This document shows, piece by piece, positions 9,757-20,222 of a stretch of 64,000 nucleotides of DNA. Every line of letters starts with the position of its first letter. Positions within the stretch are counted from its first letter, which is position 1. The stretch covers positions 992,001-1,056,000 of the forward strand of contig OZ219802.1 in NCBI GenBank assembly GCA_964291655.2, given 5' to 3'. Under the pieces are notes generated by a model, which did not search any database, had not been told where the DNA came from, and worked only from the letters and a program-made list of their open reading frames with translations. A program made the position numbers and the translations under genes. This stretch comes from Chloroflexota bacterium. Its GTDB lineage: Bacteria; Chloroflexota; UBA11872; VXOZ01.

Positions 9757-11091
9757 ATGCAAGTCAAGTCGAAGCTGGCGTTACTTGGTGGCCCTAAGTC
9801 GGTGCAAAGCGATCCCGGTGACATTTTCAATTGGCCCATCGTGACCCCGGAGCACGAAGAAGCCGTCTTGGAAGTGCTGCGGCGGGGCGGCATGTCCGGG
9901 ACGGACGTTACCCGGCAATTTGAGAGTGAATACGCCGAGTGGATTGGCACAACGTATGCGCTCGGCGCGAACACGGGCACTGAGGCGCTGCGCGCGGCAA
10001 TGTACGGTTGCGGCGTGGGCGTAGGCGACGAGTTGATCTCGCCCAGCGTGACGTATTGGGCGTCGTGTCTGCAGGCGCTTTCGCTGGGCGCAAGCGTCGT
10101 CTTTGCCGACATCGACCCGGATACACTCTGCATTGACCCCAACGACATCGAGCACCGCATCTCCGATCGCACCAAGGCCATCGTGGCGGTTCATTACTGC
10201 GGGCATCCCGCCGACATGGACCCCATCATGGAGATCGCGCGCAAGCACAACCTCAAGGTCATCGAGGACGTTTCCCACGCCCACGGCGGGCTCTATAAGG
10301 GCCGCACGTTGGGCACGATCGGCGACGCTGCCGGCATGTCGCTCATGAGCGGTAAGTCATTTGCCACCGGCGAAGCGGGCATCATGACTACCAACAACCG
10401 CGAAATCTATGACCGCGCCGTGGCCTTCGGGCATTATGACCTGTACTCCGAAGAGAACATCGAGACTGACTACCTGAAGCCCTATGCCGGTCTGCCCCTC
10501 GGCGGGTATAAGTACCGCGTCAACCAGTTGAGTTCCGCCATGGGCAGGGTGACGCTGAAGTACTACGACGGCTACATCGCGGAAATCCAGCAAGCCATGA
10601 ACTATTTCTGGGACCTCTTGGAAGGCGTGCCCGGCATTGCGCCGCACCGTCCCGCCACAGATTCCAACAGCACCATGGGCGGCTGGTACGCGGCCCGCGG
10701 CCTCTATCGTCCCGAAGAGGTTGGCGGTCTTTCGATTTCGCGCTTCGCGCAGGCCGTCTCAGCCGAGGGCGCGCGCTGCAGTCCAGGCACCAACAAGCCC
10801 CTGCACCCGCATCCGCTCTTCCACGAGGCCGACGTCTACGGTCACGGCAAGCCCACCGCCATTGCCAACGCGAGTCGGGACGTGCGCCAACCGCTGGGCA
10901 GTCTGCCGGTCAGCGAAGGAATTAGCGCGCGGACCTACAGCATCCCGTGGTTCAAGAAGTTCCGACCGCAGATCATAGAAGAATATGCTAGCGCCTACCG
11001 CAAAGCCGCCGAGAACTACGAAGAGTTGTTGGAAGACGATGAAGGCGGCGGGGAAGACATTGGCACGTGGCGGTTTTTCACTCCGTCGTAA
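9757..11091 (+). CDS. DegT/DnrJ/EryC1/StrS PLP-dependent aminotransferase
   Basis: VFADID, VHYCGHPADMD, IEDVSHAHG, SLMSGKSF, GEAG. Confidence 0.92.
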   Translation: MQVKSKLALLGGPKSVQSDPGDIFNWPIVTPEHEEAVLEVLRRGGMSGTDVTRQFESEYAEWIGTTYALGANTGTEALRAAMYGCGVGVGDELISPSVTYWASCLQALSLGASVVFADIDPDTLCIDPNDIEHRISDRTKAIVAVHYCGHPADMDPIMEIARKHNLKVIEDVSHAHGGLYKGRTLGTIGDAAGMSLMSGKSFATGEAGIMTTNNREIYDRAVAFGHYDLYSEENIETDYLKPYAGLPLGGYKYRVNQLSSAMGRVTLKYYDGYIAEIQQAMNYFWDLLEGVPGIAPHRPATDSNSTMGGWYAARGLYRPEEVGGLSISRFAQAVSAEGARCSPGTNKPLHPHPLFHEADVYGHGKPTAIANASRDVRQPLGSLPVSEGISARTYSIPWFKKFRPQIIEEYASAYRKAAENYEELLEDDEGGGEDIGTWRFFTPS

Positions 11092-11553
11092 GAGTTACAC
11101 CTCTGTGAATGTCGCGTAGCTGCCAAAAGACACCTCAAACTAGGAATCCTGCGATCCACGAGGGTCATTTTCCTCGCTCGTAGTGATTTCACTGGTTGAG
11201 CAACTGAATGAGCATCGTGCGCCTGTTGTACAAACGTATGACAGGCGCATTTACATTCTGTGGCATCTTTCGTCTATTTAGAAATCCGCTAGGCGAGAAA
11301 CCTTGCGCCTAGCTTGTTGATTCGTATCCCCATGCGCAACTCCTCCCGGGAACGGTGCAGTCTGCCTCTAGATTCACGTCGTCTCCTGCAACAGCCCGGT
11401 CGCACCATGCGCGAGCAACCGCCCCAAATCCGGGATCACATCAACAAACATGCCTGCAAACCAGCGGTTTTTCGCACCAAACACTCTTTTGGCTTTCCGG
11501 CCTTTTGGCTTACACTGTCATTAAGAGGATAGTGTGGAACGCAGAGAGAGGTA

Positions 11554-11781
11554 ATGGCTATGGATCAATTAGGGATCGTCCTTCTTGTTGGTGTCCTTAT
11601 CATCAGCGCCTGGCTCATTATTCCCCGCATCTTTCCTCATCCGCAGATGAACTGCACTCGGTGTGAAGGCAGCGGCGCGGTAGACGAGAAGTGGCCTAAC
11701 CCCGACGAACCGAGCGGTTGGCACGAACTCAAGGGTCCCTGTCCCAAGTGCGAGGGCAAGGGCAAAGTACGGGCAGCCTAG
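11554..11781 (+). CDS. Small membrane-anchored protein with DnaJ-type zinc finger
   Basis: N-terminal TM helix; CTRCEGSG and CPKCEGKG motifs; SD before ATG. Confidence 0.8.
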   Translation: MAMDQLGIVLLVGVLIISAWLIIPRIFPHPQMNCTRCEGSGAVDEKWPNPDEPSGWHELKGPCPKCEGKGKVRAA

Positions 11782-11905
11782 CGTGCGCTTTGGGCCTATG
11801 GGAGCGCCTTGGCATGTCATGCCGAAGAGACTCTGGCACTAGCTGGCGCGATGCAAGCGCCCACCCGGAAACTGCGGCCGCTCACGGCGCCTGGAAAGGC
11901 CACAC

Positions 11906-12859
11906 GTGCTCCTCATACCCATTGACGCCGCACCCGAAGACGAGCGGCAACGGCAGCCCATCGTCACCGTCACGCTGGTGGCGATCAATATCGCAGTCTT
12001 CGTCGCCGCACATAGCTTTGGCTGGAGCGCTCGCGAATACGGCTTGCAACCCGCCGGACTGTGGGCAGGTGAATTAGACCAGCTCCGCAACCTCTTGCTC
12101 GCCGCCTTCCTCCATTTCGGTTTGCTCCACATAGCCGGCAACATGCTGTTTCTCTGGGTCTTTGGCGCAAACGTGGAAGACGAGATGGGACATCTGGGGT
12201 TTGCCGTCTTCTACCTGGTATGCGGACTGGGCGCGGGCATCATCGAGTCTGCCCTCTTTGCCAACGACACCATACCGCGCATTGGCGCCAGCGGCGCTAT
12301 TGCCGGCGTGCTGGGGGCGTATCTTGTCCTCTTTCCGCTGTCACCCATTGGCATTTTGCCAATTCATATCCTCGGCATCTGGATGCTGGGCCGTCTCACC
12401 GGTCATGCTGAGGACCGACCGCCGACCTTCGACGTCTCGGCTCTGATCGTCATTGGCGTCTGGTTGGTGCTCCAGATAATAGGTTCGGTAGGTTCAGCGG
12501 TAGGACAGGAAGGCGGGATAGCCTACACCGCGCATCTTGGTGGGTTTGCCGTTGGCTTTGCGATTGTGCAAGTGTTGCGGCGCGGCTTTGGCTTTGCGCC
12601 CGATGCGGACGACAGCGAACCCGCCATCGTGAGGCAGTCGGGAAGTCAACTCTTAGTGGCGAGGCGTCCGCTACCCGCCGGACATACGCTCAAACCTGAG
12701 GACATAGAACCATATACGTGGCGCCACTCCTTTCCCGATGGCTACTTCAAACCTGAAGAAGCCGCAAGCCTGTACGGAAGGCGGCTACTACGGAACCGCT
12801 ATCGGTACCATGCCATTCTTGAAGATGACTTGGAGTCTATGGATCCCGTTCCCTCGTAG
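11906..12859 (+). CDS. Rhomboid intramembrane serine protease with C-terminal SAF-like domain
   Basis: HIAGNMLFL, GASGAIAG (Ser), AHLGGF (His); tail LVARRPLPAGHTLKPEDI resembles SAF. Confidence 0.88.
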   Translation: MLLIPIDAAPEDERQRQPIVTVTLVAINIAVFVAAHSFGWSAREYGLQPAGLWAGELDQLRNLLLAAFLHFGLLHIAGNMLFLWVFGANVEDEMGHLGFAVFYLVCGLGAGIIESALFANDTIPRIGASGAIAGVLGAYLVLFPLSPIGILPIHILGIWMLGRLTGHAEDRPPTFDVSALIVIGVWLVLQIIGSVGSAVGQEGGIAYTAHLGGFAVGFAIVQVLRRGFGFAPDADDSEPAIVRQSGSQLLVARRPLPAGHTLKPEDIEPYTWRHSFPDGYFKPEEAASLYGRRLLRNRYRYHAILEDDLESMDPVPS

Positions 12860-13002
12860 TGACTGCGTGAGGCCGTCCTAAACGCTGTTTGGTCAAGCCT
12901 TTGATGTGCGTCACTTGGCCCAAACTCAATCTGTTTGCTGCAGGGCTTCCGCTACGTCTATGTAGCCCCTGGGTCGCAACATCGATTTCTTGAGTCTAGC
13001 AC

Positions 13003-13626
13003 TTACATCTTCTGCAGGATATTCGCCTTGAGCGTCTCGTATTCAGCCTCAGATATTAGCTCCTTGTCGAACATCTCTTTGGCTTTTGCCAGCTTCTCTA
13101 CCGGGTCTTCTGCCACACGCTCATGGACAACGTCGCCACCCTCAGGCATCGTTATTTGCGTGCCGCCGGCACGGGCGCGCTCCTCTTCCATCAGTCTTAC
13201 GCGCCGGCGCTCACGCCATTCCTGCTCCTTCTGTTGGCAAATTGTATAGAGGGCCCGAGCTTGGTCTTTTACGAGGTTGCTTGTCCGATACGTTTCCCCT
13301 TTGGTCAGCGTACACTCTAGAGCAGAAGAGAGCATGTTTTGATTTATCTTCACGTTCGCAACGTCTTCCCAGAGGAAGTCATGGAAATCGAATCCCCTAA
13401 ACCGGTGTCGCCGGAAAATGATCATGCGATTGTTTGTTGCCGCTACTGCGTCATACTTCTGGCCCAGTACGGTCCAAGCCTGGTAGGCGATGTACAAAAT
13501 GTTTTCATTCGCTGTGAGGACGGACCTGACCTCTTCGGCAATCGGACGCAGCACGTCTAGTTTCTGGCTTTCGTCAATTCGCTCGATGCCTAGCTCCTGG
13601 CGTGCACCTTCGCCGGAGTCTACCAT
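13003..13626 (-). CDS. Bacterial PH-domain protein with C-terminal SHOCT domain
   Basis: ATNNRMIIFR...WEDVANV; LAKAKEMFDKELISEAEYETLKANIL; SD GAAGGAG. Confidence 0.8.
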   Translation of the reverse strand: MVDSGEGARQELGIERIDESQKLDVLRPIAEEVRSVLTANENILYIAYQAWTVLGQKYDAVAATNNRMIIFRRHRFRGFDFHDFLWEDVANVKINQNMLSSALECTLTKGETYRTSNLVKDQARALYTICQQKEQEWRERRRVRLMEEERARAGGTQITMPEGGDVVHERVAEDPVEKLAKAKEMFDKELISEAEYETLKANILQKM

Positions 13627-13660
13627 GACAATCTCTCCTTCCATGGGGACGTGCAGGGAC

Positions 13661-14107
13661 CTACTTTGGCGGCAGTCTGACGATCGCGAACCAAAAGTCC
13701 TCCAAAGACTGCACCACCGTCGCAAACTGCTCCAAGCCGACCGGCTTGGTTATGTAGCAATTCGCGTGTAGTTGGTAGCTCTTCAATATGTCTTCATCCT
13801 GTGAAGACGTGGTGAGCACCGCCACGGGAATTGTCTTGAGATCGGAATCTTCTTTGATGTCTGCCAGCACCTCGCGCCCATCTTTGCGGGGCATGTTGAG
13901 ATCGAGCAAGATGAGGTCCGGCCGGGGCACGGCAGCATAGGCGCCTTCCTTGCGCAAGAAGGCGAGCGCTTCAACCCCGTCGCCTACCACGTGCAGGTTG
14001 GTACGAATCTTGCTGCCGAGGAGAGTTTCCTCGGTGAGAAGCACGTCGCCCGGATCATCCTCGACGAGGAGGACCTCAACCGGCTTCGCCGCCTGTTCGC
14101 TCGCCAT
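13661..14107 (-). CDS. Single-domain response regulator (Rcp1-like)
   Basis: [32 protein letters not shown]. Confidence 0.93.
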   Translation of the reverse strand: MASEQAAKPVEVLLVEDDPGDVLLTEETLLGSKIRTNLHVVGDGVEALAFLRKEGAYAAVPRPDLILLDLNMPRKDGREVLADIKEDSDLKTIPVAVLTTSSQDEDILKSYQLHANCYITKPVGLEQFATVVQSLEDFWFAIVRLPPK

Positions 14108-14113
14108 TCGCTC

Positions 14114-15409
14114 TTACTCCGTAACTTGTGGCAGGCTAAAGTAGAATGTAGCGCCGCAGCCTTCCTGGGATTCGACCCAGATGCGGCCGCCGTGTCGCTC
14201 GACGATCTTCTTGCACACGGATAGTCCGATACCCGTGCCCCCATACTCTTCCCGCGTGTGCAGCCGCTGGAAGATAACGAAGATGCGCTCGGCGTATTCC
14301 GGGGCAATGCCGATGCCGTTATCGCGTACGGAGAAGACCCATTCGTCGCTCTCATTTGCCGCTGCAATGTGGACCTGCGGTGCTGCTTCTCCACGGTACT
14401 TGATGGCATTGCCAACCAGATTCTGGAATAGGCGCCCGAGTTGCGCCATGTCACCGTTTACGGTTGGCAGCGGGTCGTGGGTAACGCGCGCGTTACCTTC
14501 CGTGACGGCCACGTCCAGGTTGGCCAGGGCTTCCTGGAGAGCATTGTTCAAGTCCACCGGCGCAAACTCTTTGCCGCGCGTGGTTACACGCGAATAGAGC
14601 AAGAGGTCATTGACCAGCGCCTGCATGCGCATTGCGCCATCCACAATGTAATGGAGGTAGACGTTCGCCTTCTCGTCCAACTGCTCGGCGTAACGCGATT
14701 CCAGCAGATTGCAGAAACTGGCGATCTTGCGCAGCGGCTCTTGGAGATCGTGGGAAGCCACATAGGCGAATTGCTCCAGCTCCTGGTTCGAGCGGCGCAA
14801 CTCCGTCACGGCTTGCTCAAGAGCTTGCTGGGCCGCTTCCAGCTTCTCAAATGCGAACGCATTGGCGATCGTTCCGGCGATCTGCGCGCCGATTCTCTCC
14901 GCCTGTGCCAGGTGATTCTCATCGTATGCGTACGGGCGCAACGAGCGGATATTCAAGGCGCCGACAAACACCCCTCGCGCAATGAGGGGCACGGCGATCC
15001 GGGTTTGAAAGTCGCCGCCAAGGTCCCGCGCCGGTTGCTGTCCCGCCTCTTCCTCTTCAGCCGGCGTTCTAAAGAGTATGCCGCGGCGCTCACGTTCCAG
15101 AATGTCACTTATGCCGCCCGGCACTATTTCGTGCACCACGTCGCGTTCCCAGCCCGGAATATCACCGCCCGCCGCATACACCGCACGCACCGTATGCGCT
15201 TCCATATCCACAGCCGAGATTGAGAGGCGATCAAATGGGATGAGCAGTGACACCTGATGGGCAAACTGCTCGTAGATCTCGTCGATATTGAGGGTTGAAC
15301 TGATGATGCGGCTAATCTCTGCGAGAACCGCAAATTCGGTGGCTTGTTGCCCCTGCTGCTCAAGCGAGACGACACCCTGGCTCCGGTCCTGTCGTGACGC
15401 CTCACTCAT
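14114..15409 (-). CDS. GAF-domain sensor histidine kinase (Cph1-like kinase core)
   Basis: FAYVASHDLQEPLR H-box, NLVGNAIKY, DNGIG, GTGIGL; start uncertain. Confidence 0.92.
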   Translation of the reverse strand: MSEASRQDRSQGVVSLEQQGQQATEFAVLAEISRIISSTLNIDEIYEQFAHQVSLLIPFDRLSISAVDMEAHTVRAVYAAGGDIPGWERDVVHEIVPGGISDILERERRGILFRTPAEEEEAGQQPARDLGGDFQTRIAVPLIARGVFVGALNIRSLRPYAYDENHLAQAERIGAQIAGTIANAFAFEKLEAAQQALEQAVTELRRSNQELEQFAYVASHDLQEPLRKIASFCNLLESRYAEQLDEKANVYLHYIVDGAMRMQALVNDLLLYSRVTTRGKEFAPVDLNNALQEALANLDVAVTEGNARVTHDPLPTVNGDMAQLGRLFQNLVGNAIKYRGEAAPQVHIAAANESDEWVFSVRDNGIGIAPEYAERIFVIFQRLHTREEYGGTGIGLSVCKKIVERHGGRIWVESQEGCGATFYFSLPQVTE

Positions 15410-15707
15410 CTGCTGCCCCCGGGAGACCTTGGCACAACCCATGCCTTCGGCGCAAAGTCCCCCTCTCCCTGGAAAGAGGTCCAAGGTGAGGAGAATTCTT
15501 CACCGTACTTGCCCAGCTCCTCGTGCCCCTCAGAATTGCGCCAAGGTCTTCTGGGGTATTTGCCGCTACTGTAAAGCCCACCGGTACGGAGTAGAGTCCC
15601 CAAATTTCATCTCTTCTGCCACGCTATTGGCGTGAGTATGCTAGAGTGGTACATGCATTCACGAGACAAGTTTACCACACCAATCAATCAGGGGAGCCGA
15701 CGACGGT

Positions 15708-16109
15708 ATGAACACGAATATCTTCGAAATCCTCCTCGTGGAAGACGATAGCGGCGACGCTGAACTGCTCTACGAACTGCTTGAGCAGGTGCCGAATATG
15801 CAGTTCGATGTTACGCACGTGACGCGACTCGCTGAGGCTAGCGAGCAGACGGAACTAGAGCCGTATGACGTCATCCTGCTCGACCTGGCGCTGCCGGATA
15901 GCCAGGGTATGGATACCATTCGCACGATGGTGAATGCCGCTCCCACTATTCCCATCGTCGTGTTGACAGGCAATAACGACGAAGAGACCGGCCTCGCAGC
16001 ACTAAGGAATGGCGCGCAGGACTACCTCGTAAAGGGTCAGGTGGACAGTGGCGCGGTCACGCGAGCTATGCGATTTGCAATTCAGCGGCACAATGAGCCA
16101 AGCTCATAG
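15708..16109 (+). CDS. Single-domain response regulator
   Basis: LLVEDD, ILLDLALPD, VLTG, GAQDYLVK. Confidence 0.9.
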   Translation: MNTNIFEILLVEDDSGDAELLYELLEQVPNMQFDVTHVTRLAEASEQTELEPYDVILLDLALPDSQGMDTIRTMVNAAPTIPIVVLTGNNDEETGLAALRNGAQDYLVKGQVDSGAVTRAMRFAIQRHNEPSS

Positions 16110-16178
16110 AGTAGGCAACGCGCAGACGGTCGGAGCGCCTGCGCCTATTCCACGGACGGCATTCGTCACCGCAGCAAC

Positions 16179-16805
16179 TTAGAGTTGCTTCTCTTCCATA
16201 ATCTTAACGACGATCCTCACGGCCGCATCACTATCGGTACGAGCCGCATTTATGACAAAGTCATAGAGTGATGGATCGTCCCAATCCACATTGAACATGC
16301 GGCGAATGTAACTGCGGCGTTCGTTATCAGAGCGCCGGACTTCCTCCTCGGCCCTGCCGAGATTCATGCCAATCGTCCTGGCTTGATAGCGGGCGCGGTC
16401 GTCCGCTGGGGCCACCAGGCGCAGCTTGAGCACGCCGCGCAAGTCACCGAGAATGATGCCCGCCCCGCGTCCGACGATGATGGCGTCGTCACGCCGGGCA
16501 ATCTCGCGGACCACCGAGCGCAAGGCTGTCCGGACAATCTCAGGCCGCACGCCACCCTCATCGCGCCGCTTGGACAGTTGGCGCCGCACGGGTCCTCCCG
16601 TGATCCGGGACAGGACGCTTTGTATTGCGCTGGGCTCTAGCCGTTCGTCGTATGCCCTCACCACGCCGGTGTGCACTTCCAGCTCTTCCGCGACCTGCTG
16701 GATGAGCCGGTCATCATACAGCGGGTAGCCAAGTGTATTCGTCAGTTTGTCCGTAAAATCGGCTTCACCGGTGCCAAGTTGTCGTGAGACGGTGATAATT
16801 GCCAT
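16179..16805 (-). CDS. Cytidylate kinase-like family protein
   Basis: IITVSRQLGTG, IIVGRGA, LVAP, YDFVIN pattern. Confidence 0.85.
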   Translation of the reverse strand: MAIITVSRQLGTGEADFTDKLTNTLGYPLYDDRLIQQVAEELEVHTGVVRAYDERLEPSAIQSVLSRITGGPVRRQLSKRRDEGGVRPEIVRTALRSVVREIARRDDAIIVGRGAGIILGDLRGVLKLRLVAPADDRARYQARTIGMNLGRAEEEVRRSDNERRSYIRRMFNVDWDDPSLYDFVINAARTDSDAAVRIVVKIMEEKQL

Positions 16806-16814
16806 AGAAACCTC

Positions 16815-17624
16815 CTAATCGACCACGTATCCCACTGCGGCGAGGGTGTCTTCCAAGAAGCGACGCGCGCGTACGGCCTGGTGATTCACCTCATCTAGGG
16901 CTTCGCCACTCAGGCACTCGACGACGCATGGGCCGGCAAAGCCCGCGTCTTTGAGCGCGGTGAACACGGCGGGAAAGTCAACCAAGCCGTCGCCCGGCGT
17001 GACCATTACGTCGCCCTGCTGGCCGCCCACCTCATCCTTGATACACATACCGCCCACGATTGGGGCAATCTCGCGAATGTGTGCCAGCGGATCCTCACCG
17101 GCGTAGTAGAGTAAGTTACCCGCGTCGTAGCAGATCTTGAAGTTCTGGTGATTTACCTTCTTCCACGATTCGATAGTGTCTCGTGTCGTATTGCTCAATC
17201 CGCCATGAGGCTTGAGCATGAGCGTAATGCCTTTGTGCAACGCATACTCAGCGCTCTCCCGCATGACGGCGTAGTACGTGTCGTACTGCGCCGGATCGGA
17301 CGCGCCGCCGGTCATCACGTGGCGAAAGCCGAGTTGCTCCACGTAGTCAAGCTCTTGATTTAGCGCCGCCACTCCCTCTTCCACACTCGTCAAGGGATAC
17401 GTCGCCATCATGATTGCAAATTTAAGGCCGGCATTCTTGACCGTGCGCTCGACTGCGGCCACTTCTTCCGGAGTCGATTCGTAGTCGATGAGGCGAGTCG
17501 GCCCCATGCTCATCGGGCCAAAATACTTGAAACCGGCGGCGCTCATCCCCGCGGCGGCGACCTCAATACCATATTCCCGCCACGGACGGGTAAAACATCC
17601 AAGCTGAATCTCCATATCCGGCAT
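16815..17624 (-). CDS. Sugar phosphate isomerase/epimerase (xylose isomerase-like TIM barrel)
   Basis: LKPHGG, YDAGN, IKD, PGDGLVDF, VVEC motifs. Confidence 0.85.
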   Translation of the reverse strand: MPDMEIQLGCFTRPWREYGIEVAAAGMSAAGFKYFGPMSMGPTRLIDYESTPEEVAAVERTVKNAGLKFAIMMATYPLTSVEEGVAALNQELDYVEQLGFRHVMTGGASDPAQYDTYYAVMRESAEYALHKGITLMLKPHGGLSNTTRDTIESWKKVNHQNFKICYDAGNLLYYAGEDPLAHIREIAPIVGGMCIKDEVGGQQGDVMVTPGDGLVDFPAVFTALKDAGFAGPCVVECLSGEALDEVNHQAVRARRFLEDTLAAVGYVVD

Positions 17625-17681
17625 CTCTCCTCGCTGCGCTAGCTTCTTTACGTCACCCTCTTGTGCACATGCTTCGTCCAA

Positions 17682-18857
17682 CTACGATTCCGACGGCATT
17701 GTGCCGGCAGGCCGTTTCGCGCTGGGCCGAAAGTCCGGCACTGTCAACAACTTCGAATTCTGTTCAATCGACTCTGCGGCCAATATTGCCGGCGCCGCAG
17801 TGTCCATTGCCCGATACAGGTCAAATTCCAGCGGCCTCGTGCCCAAGACGGCATCACGAAACGCCGCGTGCACGTAGTAGTCAGCGTCGCCGTGGCCGCT
17901 GCCTCGCGCTTCTCTAGGGGCATCCGTGCGTTGAAACTGCCAGTCCACTTCCGCCAAATCGTGCATTTGGGCCTTTGCAAGCCACATCTTCGGTCGCTCC
18001 CGGGCCGACCGCCGCCATTCCACTGACCCCTGCGTCCCCATGATCTGGTACCAATGGTAATCACGCGGCGGTTGCGGCTGCGCGAAGCTCGCAGCCAACC
18101 GCAAAATCGCATCCTTTTCAGTCTTCATCAAGCAGACCTGCATGTCCGGTTGGGGAATTACGGGGTGGGCGTAGCTTGGAGCCTGCGTACTCATGCCCGT
18201 AACAGATACTACCCGATCGTCAAGCACGTACAACAGCGGGCTCAATTCGTGCGGCAGATAGTGGATGGAGGGCATGAGCGCACTCCACGTGGGCTCCGCC
18301 TCGGGGTGATCGGAAACTTCCGTGGGTCCGTAGAACGTGCCGGTCTCCTTTTCCCAAAAGAACTGAGAGACGTAATAGTGGAAGTACTGTCCTTCGACAA
18401 AGGTAACCCTACCGAGTTGGCCTTCCGCCACCATATCGTGCCACGCTTGCATTACTCCCATGTAGCGAGTTTGCTCCGCCAACTGGTAGACCTTGCCGGA
18501 GCGCTCAGCGGCCACGACAATGCGCCAGCAGTCCTCGATATAGTGCGCCGCCGGCACTTCCGCGTTGACGTGCTTGCCGGCCTCAAGGGCCTGCGCCGCC
18601 AATGCCCCTTGCCGCGGGCTGCGCACGGTCAATGCAATGGCTTCCACGTTGGAATCGGCGAGGATATCTTCGAATTGGGCGTAGGTGGCCACACCGTCAC
18701 TATTCTCAAGCGCAGCCAGGGCCCGCTCATGTGTGGCAGTGATGGGATCACAGAGCGCGACAATGCGATAGCCCGGTACGCGTTGCAGCAGGCGCATCCA
18801 GCTGAGCCCACGGCCACCAAGCCCCGCTACACCTATCCGAATCTCTTCCATTACCAC
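17682..18857 (-). CDS. Gfo/Idh/MocA family oxidoreductase
   Basis: IGVAGLGGRG, AGKHVNAEVP, GSGHGDADY. Confidence 0.88.
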   Translation of the reverse strand: MVMEEIRIGVAGLGGRGLSWMRLLQRVPGYRIVALCDPITATHERALAALENSDGVATYAQFEDILADSNVEAIALTVRSPRQGALAAQALEAGKHVNAEVPAAHYIEDCWRIVVAAERSGKVYQLAEQTRYMGVMQAWHDMVAEGQLGRVTFVEGQYFHYYVSQFFWEKETGTFYGPTEVSDHPEAEPTWSALMPSIHYLPHELSPLLYVLDDRVVSVTGMSTQAPSYAHPVIPQPDMQVCLMKTEKDAILRLAASFAQPQPPRDYHWYQIMGTQGSVEWRRSARERPKMWLAKAQMHDLAEVDWQFQRTDAPREARGSGHGDADYYVHAAFRDAVLGTRPLEFDLYRAMDTAAPAILAAESIEQNSKLLTVPDFRPSAKRPAGTMPSES

Positions 18858-19004
18858 GTCCTTGTTTCGTATAACACCATTGGCTCTCGACTTGCAGCAT
18901 CATGACACAGCGGCCGCGCCAAGCCGGTGACACCCCGGCCGTTCGCGCGGTCTTCTTCCATCAGACGGCAAGTCCCACGCAGGCAAGACGGTGAGCTCTG
19001 ATTG

Positions 19005-19823
19005 TTAGCCTTCTGCACCCACCGCCGCATCATTGCGCAATGGCTGCGCCGCTGCCAGAAACTCATCCGAAGTTATTGTTCCCGCGATGTCTCGCAACTC
19101 GTAATCGTGAATAGCAGTATTTGTGCAGAGCAAACCGTCGATCGTGTCGCTCGTTTCGATACCGGTCGTGCAGTCGCGCAGGAGGATGAGGCCGTACCCG
19201 CGCTCGCGCATGGCCAACATTCCGTAGTCCCGATGGGGCACACAGAGATTGGTGGCAAAACCAACGTAGAAGAGATAGAGAATCTTGCGGTGCGTGCAAA
19301 GCCGGTGGAGCTGATGGCCGTTGGCGATGACAAAGTCATCCGGTTGCGGAAAGACCGATGCATCGATGTACCGGTCCTGGTTGATCTGCTCGATCTCTGC
19401 GGCCCACGTGTCCGTACGATCCGCGCGCAGGTGCGCCCACTCCCCCCTGCGCTTGGCAAAGTCCTCAGGCGGCCAGGCCGGCGCGGGACTCGCTTGCGGT
19501 GAGAGTTCACTGTCGCCGGCATAGCGCAGCCACTGGGGTAACTTGTGTGCCACACTGGGCGACGGCGCATGAATCACCGTTACGCCAATGTCACGGCAGG
19601 CGTCAAGCACCGGACGAATGCGCTCTCGGCAAATCTGCCCTGTCCGCTCCACGTGACTCGCCGTAATGTGAATGTCCCAGCAGTCTACTAAGACAATGCC
19701 GGCCTGCTCCGGTGGGACTGTCAGACCAGCAGAACGGTAGCCAAAGTTTTCTTCACGAAAAGGGAGGCCTGGCGCGGTGGGTTCGTGGACGACATGCCGC
19801 GTCGAAATCGCGAGTGATGCCAA
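19005..19823 (-). CDS. Isochorismatase/cysteine hydrolase family protein
   Basis: VLVDCWD, VIHAP, VGFATNLCV, LRDCT; SD GAAGGAG before TTG 19823. Confidence 0.8.
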   Translation of the reverse strand: MASLAISTRHVVHEPTAPGLPFREENFGYRSAGLTVPPEQAGIVLVDCWDIHITASHVERTGQICRERIRPVLDACRDIGVTVIHAPSPSVAHKLPQWLRYAGDSELSPQASPAPAWPPEDFAKRRGEWAHLRADRTDTWAAEIEQINQDRYIDASVFPQPDDFVIANGHQLHRLCTHRKILYLFYVGFATNLCVPHRDYGMLAMRERGYGLILLRDCTTGIETSDTIDGLLCTNTAIHDYELRDIAGTITSDEFLAAAQPLRNDAAVGAEG

Positions 19824-20222
19824 AGCGCAATCTCCTTCATCATACTGGCGACCTCTGCTCAGTTTCAGCGCGAGGCGGCGACCGCCCACACCTACAAAGA
19901 CTATGGTGCAGCCACCGCCTCGTTGTCAAGAAATAGCCGCGGCTAACGGGGTATTCTGCTCCCTCTCTACACGTGTTCCGACATAGCGTACCCCGTATCT
20001 GTCTCCTGCCGCTGAACACCCCGATCGACTGGAGCGCAACGGCTTCCACATCTCCCTGCTCTATCCACCCTTGTTGTTACTTGGGTATAATACAAGCAGT
20101 GCAACCCCGGTCGTGTCTCGTTTCATTTCTCCTTCCCTAGCCAATTCACGAGTCCGGTACGTTCAATCCCCAATCGCCGCACCCAAGGGCGCTAACCTCG
20201 CCATCAGAGAAGGCGCACGTAC

